Shown here piece by piece: positions 28,182 to 42,067 of a stretch of 64,000 nucleotides of DNA. This DNA comes from the human T2T-CHM13v2.0 reference genome, Homo sapiens. The notes below the pieces were generated by a model that did no database searches, was not told the DNA's origin, and saw only the letters and a program-made list of their open reading frames with translations. Every line of letters starts with the position of its first letter. Within the stretch, counting starts at the first letter, position 1. The stretch lies in the NCBI RefSeq assembly GCF_009914755.1, contig NC_060927.1; one strand, given 5' to 3'. A program made the position numbers and the translations under genes.

Positions 28182-28903
28182 GAAGGTAGATGTTTTCTAA
28201 CAATTTTCTTAGCTGTACCATTGCCGTTTTCTTTTTACTAATTTATTTTAATTAATAAATAAAAATAATATACAGGCATAGCTCAGATATATTGTGTTTC
28301 AGTTCCAGACTACTGCAATAAAGCAAGTATTGCAATCAAGTGATTCACACAAATTTTTTTTTTATTTTCTAGTGCTTTTAAAAGCTACGTTTACCCTATA
28401 CTGTTGTCCATTAGGTGTACAATATAAGTATGTTTAAAAATATATATATATTAATTTAAAAATATTTTATTGCTAAAAATCATTAACAATCATATGAACC
28501 TTGAGAGACTTGTAAACTTTTTTGTTCTTGCCTAAACTAAGGCTCTTGCCTCAGTGTTTATGGCTGCTGACTGATCAGAGTGGCAGCTGCCAAAGCTTGG
28601 GTTGCTGTTGCAATTTCTTAAAGTAAGACAACAAGGAAGTTTGCCACTTCAATTAACTCTTCTTCTCATAACAGACTTTTCTGTAGCATTCAGTGATGTT
28701 TGATAGCATTTTACTCACCGTAGAACTTCTTTCCAAATTGAAGTCAATGCTTTCAAAATGTACCACAGCTAAGTTTATGCAAAATTCTAAATCTTTTATT
28801 GTCATTTCAACTATATGCACAGCATCTATACCGGGAGTGGATTGCATCTCAAAAAAAACCACTTTCTTTGCTCATTCATAATAAGCAACTTCTCATCACT
28901 TGA

Positions 28904-29556
<653 letters not shown>

Positions 29557-29863
29557 CAGGCTCCACTTCTAATTCTAGTTCTTGTTCTATTTCCATCACA
29601 TCTGCAGTTGCTTCTTCCACTGGAGTCTTGACCTCTCAGAGTTATCCATGAGGATTGGAATCAACTTTTTCTGCACTTCTGTTAATATTGATGTTTTGAC
29701 CTCCTCCCATGAATCACAGATGTTTTAATGGCATATAGAATGGTAAATCCTTTCTAGAAGGTTTTTAATTTACTTTGCCCAGATTCGTCAGAAGAATCAC
29801 TCTCTATGACATCTATAACCTTTTTAAATGTATTTCTTAAATAATAAGACTTGAAAGCAAAAA

Positions 29864-30103
29864 TTACTCCTGATCCATGGGCTGCAGAATGAGTATTGTG
29901 TTAGCAGGCATAAAAACAATAATCTCCTTGGGCATCTCCATCAGAGTTCCTAGGTGACAGATGCTTTGACAATAAGCAGTAATATTTTGAAATATCTTTT
30001 TTTCTGAGAAGTAGGTCTCAACAATGGCTTTTAAATATTCAATAAGCCATGCTATAAACAGATATTCTATCATCCAGGCTTTGCTGTTCCATTTTTTGAG
30101 CAC
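29864..30103 (-). pseudogene. Decayed Tigger1 transposase DDE-domain segment
   Basis: WNSKAWM...LF..W..EY..VETY..EKKI...[14 protein letters not shown] resembles the pogo/CENP-B DDE motifs. Frameshifted. Confidence 0.85.
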
Positions 30104-30598
30104 AGGCAGAGTAGATTTTTCATGATTCTTAAGGGCCCTAGAATTTTTGGAGTGGGAATTGGCTTCATCTTAAATCACCAGCTGCATTAGATCTTACTGA
30201 GAGTCAGCCTGTTCTTTGAAGCTTTGAAACTGGTCATTGACTTCTATTTAGATATGAAATCCTAGATGGCATCTTCTTCTAATATAGGACTCTTTCATAT
30301 ACACTGAAAATCTGTTGTTTAGCATAGCCACCCTCATTCACAATGTTAGCTAGATCTTCTGGATAACTTGCTACAGCATCTGCACCAGCATTTCCTGCTT
30401 CACATTGCACTTTTATGTTATGGAGGTGACTTCTTTCTTTCAACCTCATGAATCAGTCTTTGCCAGCTTCCAACTTTTCTTTTGCAGCTTCGTCTTCTCT
30501 CTCAGCCTTCATAGAATTGAAGAGAGTTAAGGGCTTACTGTAGATTAGGCTTTGGCTTAAGGGAATATTGTTGAAACCTTCTCCATATCATCAATAAA

Positions 30599-31115
30599 GC
30601 TGTTTCACTTACTGATAATTTGTGTGCTTACTATAGTAGCACTTTCAATTTCCTTCAAGAACATTTTATTTGTATTCACAACTGGGCTGTTTAGTGCAAG
30701 AGATCTAACTTTCACCCTATCTTGACTTTTAACATGTCTTTCTCACTATGTTTAATCATTTCTAGGTTTTGATTAAAGTGAGACATGTGTGACTCTTCAT
30801 TCCACTTGAACGCTTAGCAGCCATTGAGGAGTTATTAATTGGCCTGATTTTAATATTGCTGTTTCACTTACTGATATTTGTGTGCTTACTATAGTAGCAC
30901 TTCCAATTTCCTTCAAGAACATTTTCTTTGTATTCACAACTGGGCTGTTTAGTGCAAGAGATCTAGCTTTCACCCTATCTTGACTTTTAACATGTCTTTC
31001 TCACTATGTTTAATCATTTCTAGGTTTTGATTAAAGTGAGACATGTGTGACTCTTCATTCCACTTGAACGCTTAGCAGCCATTGAGGAGTTATTAATTGG
31101 CCTGATTTTAATATT
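30599..31115. repeat. 259/258-bp tandem duplication inside Tigger1
   Basis: 30599-30857 vs 30858-31115 differ by 3 substitutions and a 1-bp indel. GCTGT junction microhomology. Confidence 0.95.
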
Positions 31116-32587
31116 GCTGTGTCTAAGGGAATAGGAAAGTCTCAAAAGGAGGCGAGAGATAAGGGAATGGCCAGTCGGTGGAACAGTCAGAACATACATA
31201 ACATTTATTGGTATAGTTTGCATTCTTATATGGGTGTGGTTTGTGGCACCTCAAAACAATTACAATAGTAAAATCACAGATCATCATAACAAATAATAAT
31301 AATGAAAAAGCTTGAAGTATTGCACTGATTACCAATATGTGACACAGAGAGGTGAGCACACATGAAGTGAGCATATGTTGTTGAAAAAACGGTGCTGATA
31401 TACTTGATTGATGCAATGTTGCCACAAATCTTCAGTTTATATAAAAAAATAAAACTGCAATATCTACAAAGTGCAATAGTGTGCAATAAAGTATGCCTGT
31501 ATATTTATGGTGCACAATGTGTTTGAAACATATATACATTATGTCATTACCAGTTTCTGATTTAAATCCCTGTACTATATATATTGATTTGTAATTGCCC
31601 ATGTTGACATGGCAGTATCATGGGCCATGATACTTTCAAAATAATTGTTTTATTAGTTTTGATTAAAGGGAAACTTTCTTTTTTTTTTTTTTTTTTTTTA
31701 GAATTCCATGACCTTTAAAGGTAAAAATTAATTCTCTCAGCTTAGTAATAGGAATAGAGACACAATCACACTGATATTTCACATGAGAAATTGTCGTTCT
31801 AGCATTTTTACTCTTTCCTTGAATAGTACTGTTCAACCATAATAAATTATCCTCCCCTTTGAATACGTATTTACCTTTGCATTTAGGGTAGGGTAAACTA
31901 AAGATTTCTTACTGACTTTTTTTTTTTAATCGAAAGAATCATTAGCAACTAAATCATCTTAGGATGTTGTTTGGCCTTTATCGTGCTGACCCAAAATTTT
32001 TGTTTGCAATGTCTTACTAACTTACATTGTCTTTGAAAGGAGTTCTCTGCTCAGTAATTGACAAGAATTCTCTGGGGGAGATAAAACCATAAACTGATGT
32101 TTAAAAAAATAAAAAGTAAGCCAGAAATGTTAGAGATAAGGGATCAACTGCAATTTCTGATTTGGTTTCCTAGCACCTAATTTCTATTTCTAGGCATGCG
32201 CAAACATCCCGTCCTAGTCTTACAGTGTTATCCTTATGTGCTATTTGTAATGAGGCACAGTAAGAATTTAGGTGGTCTTTGATTTATGATGTGTGCTATA
32301 TATGTTCGTAATGATCTTTAAGTAAGTAGCATAAATATAACACTTTCTGTAGTGTCTGGTAATACAGTGTTGACAATTAGTGATGGGAGATACTGATTTA
32401 GATTACTTAAAAAGAACCTACATACTTTGAGATTAGTTGAAATTTTTACATCCACACATACTGATAGTATATGGAGGAAACTAAAAGTTTCCTACATGTG
32501 CATGTACATAGGACTCTAGACTTTATTTATTTTCTTATTTTTATCTCATGAATTAAAATCAGATGAACACATCTGTAATCTACCAAT

Positions 32588-32973
32588 TTCTTAGTCCATT
32601 TATACTGCTATAAAAAAAACGCAGACTGGATAATTGATAAACAATTGAAATTTATTTCTCACGTTTCTGAAGGCTGGAAAGTCCAAGGTTAAGGTGCCGA
32701 CAGGTTCATGTCTGTTGAAGGCTGCTCCCTGTTTCCAAGATAGCCCCTTGTTGAGATAGCCTCTGAAGAGGCCAAATGCTGCGTCCTCACATGGCCACAG
32801 AGAGGTAAAGAAGGGACTTACCCTCTCAAGCCCTTTTATAGGTTGCTGATCTCATACATACAAGCCCACTCTTATGACTTAATCACCTGCTAAAGTCCCC
32901 ACCTTTGAATAGTATAAAGTTGGTGATTATTTTTCAACATAATGAATTTTAGAGGACACATTCAAACCACAGA
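32588..32973 (-). mobile_element. MaLR solo LTR (MLT1A-like)
   Basis: tcttagtccattt...aaatttatttctcac...ggctggaaagtccaag...gacttaatcacct...acacattcaaacca. Confidence 0.88.
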
Positions 32974-33329
32974 AACCAAAATGGTAAGATTCAGTTGAAA
33001 TTTCACTATCTCCATAGATCTGAGGGTCTTTAATCTAGCAAATATTGATATTTCATTTAGAAATTTTGTTGTATACTTTTTTACCCTTAATTTTATTATT
33101 TAACGCATTTTTATAATCAAATCTGCACAGTTTAGAACATATTCATATACAGTGTGCTGTTATTTTTTTCAAACATATGATATCTGCCTAGTTCATTTGA
33201 AGCACCTTATATAATTGAAACTCAAAGTAGCTGTGCTAGTATACAGTAGGTGGTTGAAAAGTGAAAAGAATCTCTTTTAAGTTATTTATTTTCACTACTA
33301 TATTAAAGTGTAAAGGCAAGGGAAACACT

Positions 33330-34240
33330 TTAATACATATTGTAAAACTAAACTACTTAACAGAGTAAGTGCCATATAGTTAGGCCAGAAATAGATCCAC
33401 TTACAGATAAAAATTTGATATATTGCTATATTAAATATATAGTAAATAGGAATTATGTATCTATAATAAAAAGCATATTCAATAAATGGCTAAGGGATAA
33501 GTGTCCAAAGGAAATAATATTTATGTCACCATAATCAATTCACTAAATAGTTAAACACTTGAATATTTTTATACTGCTGGATGTCAAAATTTAGGAAGCA
33601 GAGAAAACACAAAGAAGAAATAAACTTCAGGGAAGAAAGATATAAAAAATTGAGACATCATTTTCAGCAAATATGAAAAACTGTATAAATATTCATTACT
33701 TAATGGATTCATAAATACTGGAATATGTTAAAACCCAGAAGATAAATGGACAAAGACATGAAGTGATCATTATGAAAAACACAACTATGTAACTCCTCTT
33801 GTATTTCACATTTTCTTTACAGAACCTATTAGTAAGAATAAATCTAAAACATGAAGAAAGTTATAGGGATGTTTGTTTCAACATTATTTAAAACCGTCAT
33901 ATCCCAAACACCTAGGGGCCCATCAGTAGATAAATACTTAGGTAAATTATGTGTGTACACACAGACTCTTATGCAACCACTACCAATATTAGTCATTAGG
34001 ACCATGTAAGATCGTGGCAACATGTGTACTGTTCAATGAAAATTCATCATTTAAAACAGGGAAAACAGTATAATTATAGCAAGGCAAAAGAAGAACACTC
34101 ATGAAAAAACAATGAAAGTAAGTACTTCAAAATTATAAGGTGATTTGCATTATGAAGAAGAGACTGTGAGTATTTTTTTCTCATTTTTCTAGTCCTCAAA
34201 TTTACTGTTACATGAACACTGCCTTTCAAATGTGAAAAAA
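33330..34240 (+). mobile_element. Old L1ME-type 3' fragments
   Basis: aaatggacaaagacatgaa; gggatgtttg...acattattt; cccatcagtagataaatacttaggtaaattatg. Confidence 0.6.
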
Positions 34241-35339
34241 CGTTTAAGGTATAAAAAGAAGAAGAAGCAAATGTGCTTCTTTAGCTAGAAATACTCTAAA
34301 GTACATTTTACATTTTTTCAGCAGTAGTTTCATCCATTTTACTAGTTATTATTTTTCTTTTATTAAGACAAAGAATATTCAACAGGGGGCAAATGCAAGC
34401 ATCTGTTTGGTTCTCAGGATTCCTACAGCTCTTAAATTATAAACTGAGAACTTATACTATATATAAGGCAAAATAGTTTAAAAGGAAAATTAATTCTAAC
34501 AATGCATTTTACCAGTAAAATATAAAATAGGGATGAGTGTAAAAATCGAAATAAATGAAGAAATATGTCAGTCATAAAATTTCACCTTGGTGTTTCAACT
34601 CAGGCAATTCCTAGAGGGAAGAGTGGCCTCCTGACTCCATAGGAGGTATAATAAGTGCATGACCAGAGACTGCTGAAACCAATAAAAATAACCGTCAACC
34701 CACCACTTGTCTTTGTAATCACTCCATATCTTGATTTCCCTTGCACTATAAAATAGACTAAATATAGGCGAGTTCAAGAAAAAATTGATTTAAAAAATAT
34801 GGCTCTTTTTTTCTGATTAGATTTCATAATTTATCAGAGACAAAATATCTCTACACTTCTTTGTCATACGAATCAACCTTGAGATATTCACCTTTCAGCA
34901 TGTAGGTGAAATTTTAAATAGTCAGTATTCATCATTGCCATTAGTTATTGTAAGGTATAGCTTATTCCTCTCATTGGAAACAAAGTGCATTTCTTACCTG
35001 ACCTCTGTGATTCTTAAACAATATTCATTTGAAAAGCTTGTAGACACCACTGAAGAGTGAAAATATCTACCTTTCTTATTTTCAGGATTTGATCACAGTA
35101 AAAATGCTTTCATTTGGGGAGATTCTACCTATATTTCTTGGATCACAATGATTCTGGAATCCTAAAGAGTTCAGAGTTTAGATTGCATATGTCTTTTCTT
35201 TTTTGACTTCTTTCACTTTTGTAGCTAACAACTTGATCGTAATGACTCAGTCCAAAAGAAATATGAACCTATTAGTTTTAGTGATCATGAAAACAAATGC
35301 TTGGTGAATTTTTTTCTAAAACATCAAAAAAATTTAAAT

Positions 35340-35510
35340 TTTAGAATTGGAAGAGGTCTTGGAAAATGTTATCTAATTCTCACTCTTCACCTCACTAAAA
35401 TTTTGAAAACTTTAAGTGATTTCCTAAAGGGACACAGCTAATTAGAGGCAGAGTTCTAACAGAAAACCCAAGTCTCTTGATTCATTTCCAGTGCTTTAAC
35501 CAATATATTA
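35340..35510 (-). mobile_element. MIR-family SINE fragment
   Basis: ttagaattggaagaggtctt...ttaagtgatttcctaaagggacacagctaattagaggcagag. Confidence 0.7.
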
Positions 35511-36079
35511 TGTTGCTATGTAGGATAGTTTAAATTCTAATTTTCCATGGTTAGTTTTAAAATACAATCATTTTTAAAATATACTAGTAAAACAGTTTTT
35601 GCTTTCTAAAAATAACCAGCTCTAAAAGGGATCTTTTCAAGCATTATCATTATTTTAATAACTGGTTTTTAAAACTATCAATCTGTATTAGTAAAATTTT
35701 CACTCAGAAAATTTGACTACAACAAAAATAACACTAAAAAAAACCCACTTCTACCACTACTGTCATCACTTAATATGGATCCTTTTCAAGAAATAAAATT
35801 ATAAACTTTAATTGAAACTTTCTAAATTACTTCTAACTGATCTTCTAATTATATCCCATTCCTTAAAATAAGCAGATATTTAGCACCAATAGGAAATGCC
35901 TGTAGTGACAGTGAAACATGGTGTATATGAATCACCCATATAATGCACATAATAAAATCTTTGTGAATCACAATGTTCCCTTTATTCTATTCCCAAGTCT
36001 CTCAATTATAGGCATATCTGGAGCTACTAGTCCAAATATAATTGATTTAATAATAGATAGCTTAAAGCACAGTGAGATA

Positions 36080-36414
36080 CAGTCATCCCTCAGTATCTGT
36101 GGGGAATGGGTTCCAGGACCCCAGAGATACCAAAATCCTCAGATGCTCAAATCCGTTATACAAAATGGTATAGTATTTGCATATAACCTAAGCATATCCT
36201 CCCCTATACTTTAAATCATCCCTAGATTACTTATAATACCTAGTATAATATAAATGCTATATCAAGAGTTGTTATACTGTAATTTTAAAAATATTTTTAT
36301 TGTTTTATTGTTATTTTTTATTCTTCTTTGTTCCCAGTAAATTTGATTGGCCATTGGTTGAATTGTGGATGCAGAACCTATGGGTATGGAACTTGCAGAT
36401 ACAGAGGCCAGCTA
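36080..36414 (-). mobile_element. MER2 (Tigger-family MITE)
   Basis: TA-cagtcatccctcagtatctgtggggaatgggttccaggacc...tactttaaatcatccctagattacttataatacct...ggttgaattgtggatgcagaacc. Confidence 0.9.
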
Positions 36415-37852
36415 TTCTGAAGTGCTTTTAAAACATCATAAACTAAATAGCAGTGAGCATATTTTTTGTGTTATGTTCATATTAATACATGCTAATTTTT
36501 TGAATATATAATAAACTTATGACATTTTATTAATACGAATATTTGATGTCCCAAAACTTCTATATAAACCAGGGAAAGTTTATCGTGACGTATTTTTTTC
36601 CTAACATTATGTATTTACATTTTTTTTGAGTGTTGAAGAAGACATTAAGATGTTTAGGAGTATTTAAACTCTGCAATAACCCAGTTAAAATGAAAGCTCA
36701 GAGGTTTTCATTTTGTTACCTTTATTGTCACTTGAATATGGACTATTGACAGCTCACCATTTACAAGACATGCACAAAGACAGATTTATTATAATTTAGG
36801 TGTTGATCACTTTGGCTGGAGATTTTCTGTTATTAGAGTAGAATACTACATTTCAAACCAGCTATACAAGTTTTTTGTTTGTATTCACTGTCTCCATGAA
36901 GAATAATTTGAAACGAAAATTGAAGGCTTCTAATTTTATGCAGAGTGACAGCTATGTATTTCCATAAATGTATGAGCATTTTGACATGAAACTGTTATTT
37001 CTCATCCGAAGTCATAATTGTTCAGCATGAAAGTGGGCCATGAGAATGAATGATAATAATAATTTGCCTTTTTGAGATCATGGCATTAATAAGCATAATT
37101 TTCAGAGCTGCATATAAGCAAAAGGAGTTTGCCTGTAGACAGTATGACAAGACGGTTATTGGGAGGAGGGTATGTGAATTGCCCACCTTTGCAGCCATCT
37201 TGCCTTTCTGACCTTTCTTTCTGCGTAACTGTAGCCTCTAGCCAGCTACCTTCCACTGTTTTACTACAAACAGTGACAAAGAGAGCAAAAAAGAGGTCAG
37301 TGTAGGAATTCCAAGGAGTTAATACCTTTTACTACATAGCTCAATGGCATGACCATTTAGTTGTGACATGTCGTTTTTAAAGTAGTCTGTTTCCTTTTAA
37401 AAGAATCCCGTTGTCAAGAAGTAAAAAGGGGTTTTGTTGTTGTTAAATGATGTTTTAAAATCCTGTCCAATTTATGTTAAAGAAAGTACCTATGGAGGTT
37501 GAGACTGAAAGACAGTGATACATGAAAAGGAATAAAAGAACACAGCAAACATAAGGTCTGGCAACGACCATGATAGTTGTTTGCCTGCCAACAGCAGTAA
37601 TAAGGACTAGTTGTACCGGTTGAGAAAGCTGTTTAATTCAGATGCATCCAAAAAATATGCATCCTTCAAAAGAGATACGGTGCATACATTTATACTTTAA
37701 GAAACACCACTGTGAACTTCAATCTTGAATGACTCAAAGAAAACGTTTAAATTCTTCAAGCTTACAGACATAAGAAAGAATGCAATAAATTGTGGGAACT
37801 GGTAGAGATTTTGCCAAAAATAAAGGGCCTTCTCTTTTGTGTATGTATGAGG

Positions 37853-37876
37853 GTGTGTGTGTGTGTGTGTGTGTGT
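37853..37876. repeat. (GT)12 microsatellite
   Basis: Read directly from the sequence. Confidence 0.9.
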
Positions 37877-40264
37877 TTAATTAGGTAAAATTATGTAAGT
37901 TCATTTAGGCTCTGCAGCATTTTCTGATGACCCAGTAATCATTTTCTGTTATCCCATTTAGCTGTTAAGAGCAATGAATAGAAATCTGAAACCAAAAGCC
38001 ATTCCCTTTAAAATTCTACATGCATTAACTTGGGTTGCAGGAGGAAATTCCCTTATAAAAGTGAAGGTATTACCATTAACACAGAGAACTCTTTCAGTCG
38101 TTCAGATAATAATTCTGACTCTCATTTCTAGGACCTGTCCCTTCAGTTGTTTTGCAGCTAATGGTCAGAGGTTTGTTCAGAACCACCCACACACACTTGT
38201 TTAGTCCCTGGGTGACCAACAGAATGCATTTATGAGAAGGTTGGGCCGGAGACCGCAGTGTGTGCCTTTGGTACAGAGATTCTCTTTGGTGCAAAATCTA
38301 TCTGGCCTTTATAGATATTGCATTAGCATCGAGCACAAAATGTTCAACTGCCTGACTCTTGAACCCTTTTCCCTGACCTCAAATGAATGTTTTCTGAAGA
38401 TATAAATGTGTGAAAGGTGGTCATTTATATAAACCTGGAGAAATACAAGGAGATAGCATTGAAAGAAAATTGTTATTGCACTCTGATCTTGCAGGAAAAT
38501 TGATTTATTATTATGAAATAACAAAGTACTCTTAAGGCTAAAACCTTTTTTGCCCTACTTCAACCTGACGAAAAGGTTTACCTCCTAGTTATAAACCCAT
38601 CCATAGCGTGGTCTCTAATGGAAAAATCCGAGAGCTCCTTCACACATGGCAATAGGAGCCAGTGCTCTAATAAAAGCCTTCATTAAAATATGGTTGGAAT
38701 CTATGTGGCATGGCAATTCTCAGCTACAAATTGAAAAAGAATTGGTTGCACCTGTAATGAGAGTTCAATTAAGTGATCTTGGAAAAAAGCTAGAAGGAAA
38801 TTAAATATTGAATCCTTCATCATTGAGTGTTTATCTTGAAGGGAATAATGTATGGACTGAAGACAAGTGGAGATCAGCAGACATAACCTCTCCTGTGTTT
38901 ATTCTTTATGGTGAAGGAGCTTGCCCTTATTCAAGCAAGGCACTTCTCTATCCACATTTAATTCTGTGGTAAAATAGGATAATACAAACCACATGTTTAC
39001 TACAACATAGAGATGTCATACAGGTTGACAGGTAATGACAGCAAAGCACTCTGGACACAATGCTAATATTGTGCACTGTTCATTATTTGAATTATTGATC
39101 ATGTGCAACGGCCTAAATAATCAAAATAGCAAATATATAGCCTGATCTCTCAGTTCCCAAGTGGAAGGATTATGGGCTGATAATCATATCCCCTTAGATT
39201 CTCTTTAACCTAATGTGATATTTTGTAAGACTTTCAAGCTATCTGCATAGTCAGAAAATCATTTTAGATATTTAGGCAGCAAAAGCCTCTTCACAGTACT
39301 GCATTTGGCAAGGTGCCATCCTAAAATAGTTCCTCTTTTCCATATGTGTTATGCCCTTTGCCCAGTCTACCTCCCTTCCCTTTTTGCCTAGTTTGGCCTT
39401 TATTCCTTCTTCTAAAGTTTCCAAACCCATGTTTTCCTAGCTGAGCCATCCACAAACCTTAAACTGTGAGGATGATTTACTCCTGGCCAATGTCCAGGCC
39501 CATTTGCCAACCTCCCTAGCACAACTCTAAAACTTACCAAGGCAGTGGATATGAGCGGCCACTGCTGAGGGATCCTTGGGACACTTCTCAAATCCAACAT
39601 AATCAGATTTAGAAAGGTTGGGTCTTTCTCATACCCGGTGTTCAAAAGAAACCTAATGATACAAGAAACTCTCCAGCTCTGTCCTAATCAAGTCACAACA
39701 ATGCCCATCATGCAGAAAAGACAAAATTGCTTCTAACACACTGCCTCACACCTTGCGGTGAGTAATAAATACTTGATGAATGAATATGCAAGAAAGTGCA
39801 CTAAATGGCAGAAAGTATATTCCACAGCCAAGGTCACAGCAATTATGTTTCTAGAAGCAGGAGTCACAGGAAAAATAACAATCACCTGAATTACTGTTCT
39901 ACTTAAGCACATCATTGAAATGGTTTTGTGTATCATGGAATCCTGATGCGTGAGAGAAGTCATCTATCTTTACAAGCATTTACTCCTGTTAAGTACCTAT
40001 TATGTCATTAAAACAGAAACTTTGTCACGTATATTTAAGGTTTTTTTTTTTTTTGCATTTCCCTTATTTTTATGTATTTGTATGTTAAATCCTTTGTTCT
40101 GCTTGGGCCTGTGAAAACTTATTACTTTATAAGTCTCTGTGTGTCATATCCTCCAATAGATCCTGCCATCTCTGTTCTCTGTTTTTATTTTATGCAACTG
40201 CTTTTTCAGATATGTTGTGACCTTCGTAAATGTAGGTTGGGAGGAACAAAACATTATTAAGATT

Positions 40265-40425
40265 TTCCTATGTATGTTTTATATACATCATTTCCTTTTA
40301 ACTTTCACAATAGCCCTGTAAGGTAAGGATCAGTAGCCCCAGTTTACAGATGAGAAAACTGAGTCTCAGAAAGTAGATCACTTCTTGCAGGCTAATATGT
40401 GTCAGCATCATATTCAGAACCAGGA
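40265..40425 (-). mobile_element. MIR SINE fragment
   Basis: tttaactttcacaatagccctgtaaggtaagg...ttacagatgagaaaactgagtctcagaaag. Confidence 0.8.
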
Positions 40426-40959
40426 AAAGAAGGCAAACTAAAAAAAAAAAAAAAATGACAGTTAAGAAATGAGGAATAAGAGATTATATTAAACTAACAT
40501 TTTTAGCACTACCTACTGGAACACTGCCATGATATCCAATTGCCAGACACTCGTGGGGTTTCCATCCAGCTCTACATCCGAGTTATGATTCAGGAGCCAC
40601 TGGGCAGGAAAATGTGAGGACACAGAGGAAGCTGACTGAAGCAGGTAGACGAGAAGAGGAAGTGAGGCATGCCAGAGAGGCACCGTCATAACCCCACAGT
40701 TAGGTTTTAACCTGACTTGGAAGCTATGTTGTCCCTGACAGCCATTGTAGTAGGTAACAATATTGTACTATCTTGGAGACTTGGGGAAGCCTTTTTTCCC
40801 CTTTTCTAATATCTAAAATTAATCTGTATTATAACTATGCATCTTCTGAGCCCTTGCCTCTTGTATACCTGCTAATTACATTAATATTTGAGCCAGCATG
40901 AGAATCAGACAGAAAACAGGTATCTCCTATCCACACTTTTGTGAGAAATCAGGCGCAGA

Positions 40960-42065
40960 AAATCAGGGGCCCTCTCATAGGCACCTCAAACCCAGCATAT
41001 CTCAAATTGAACATGTTTCCAACTTCTAGCTAGTTATCCCTCTTTTTATGACCTTCCTAACTAAAGACACTCATCCATCTAGTCACCCAAGCCAGAAACC
41101 TGGATGTCAGCCATGGGAAGACAAAGAATTGTGGTGGTTAAGAGCATAGCTTTTGAAGTATGTGTATTCTGAGTTCAGTCACCGAGGTTTAGATTTCAGC
41201 TCTGATACTAACAATGTGACTTCGAGAAAGTTACTTTACCTTTTGAAGTCTCAGTTTTTTCATCAATAAAATGGTTGTATCAATCATACCTTTCTCATAG
41301 CACTATTGTACGGGCCATATGATATAATCCAAGTAAAGAGTTTAATAAAATAGCACACACGTATTAAGACACAGGAAAAATTAGCTACACTGATGACCAT
41401 GATGATTAATGATGATGCTTGACTTTTTCCTCAACCATCCTTCACCCTAAAGGTCATCAAATCCTGTACATTCTAACTAAATACTTTCAGATCTTCACCT
41501 TGTGTCTATCACTTTGTCTTAGGCCCTAAATAATTTTTTGCATAATTATTATTGCATGGGCTCCTAACCTGTTTTTATTTTTTTTAACCTCTTACTTAAC
41601 TCACCTCCCTTTGTCCTTCGTGTTGCCCCAGAAGCATAAATACAATTTTGTTTTCCTCTGCTTAAAATTCTGTGATAGCTTGCCTATCATTTGTAAATCC
41701 CAACCTCCTTTTTATGTCATCGCAAGTCTTGCATGTCTGCACCCTGAATACTTATGTTACAACATCTTTGGCCTCGTGCTACTCACATCCTTTATTCCCA
41801 TTCACCTCTTCATGCCTTTTTTGTGACATTAATTCTAACTGAAATGTCCTGCCAGTTTGTCCAACTTTCACACTTTCCCTTACTCACTATTTCAAATCCC
41901 ATGAAGCACCTTCACTTCCTCTTTCCTGCCATCCCTTGGGGTGAGCTTGTTGCTTTCTCTTTTATACAACTTGGGCTTGGTATTGACTTCCATTATAGCA
42001 CTTATCACAGGGTGTTACAATTATTATTATAATAGCACTTATCACAGGGTGTTACAATTATTATT
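40960..42065 (+). mobile_element. L2 LINE 3' fragments, interrupted by a MIR
   Basis: aggcacctcaaacccagcatatctcaaattgaac; catctagtcacccaagccagaaacctgg; cctctgcttaaaattct; atagcacttatcaca. Confidence 0.7.
41125..41390 (+). mobile_element. MIR SINE
   Basis: gtggtggttaagagcatagctttt...aagttactttaccttttgaagtctcagtttttcatc...aaaatgg. Confidence 0.8.
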
Positions 42066-42067
42066 AT
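41995..42067. repeat. 37-bp-period perfect tandem duplication
   Basis: atagcacttatcacagggtgttacaattattattat at 41995 and 42032. Confidence 0.95.

Noticed and set aside
39745-39790. Strong donor GCG|GTGAGT
   Set aside because: Lies in an L2 3'-end-like segment (aataaatacttgatgaatgaat), with no convincing exon.
40530-40900. Possible old LTR fragment (similar impression at ~8550-8930 and a DNA-transposon-like stretch at ~3330-3640)
   Set aside because: Could not assign a family or termini by eye.
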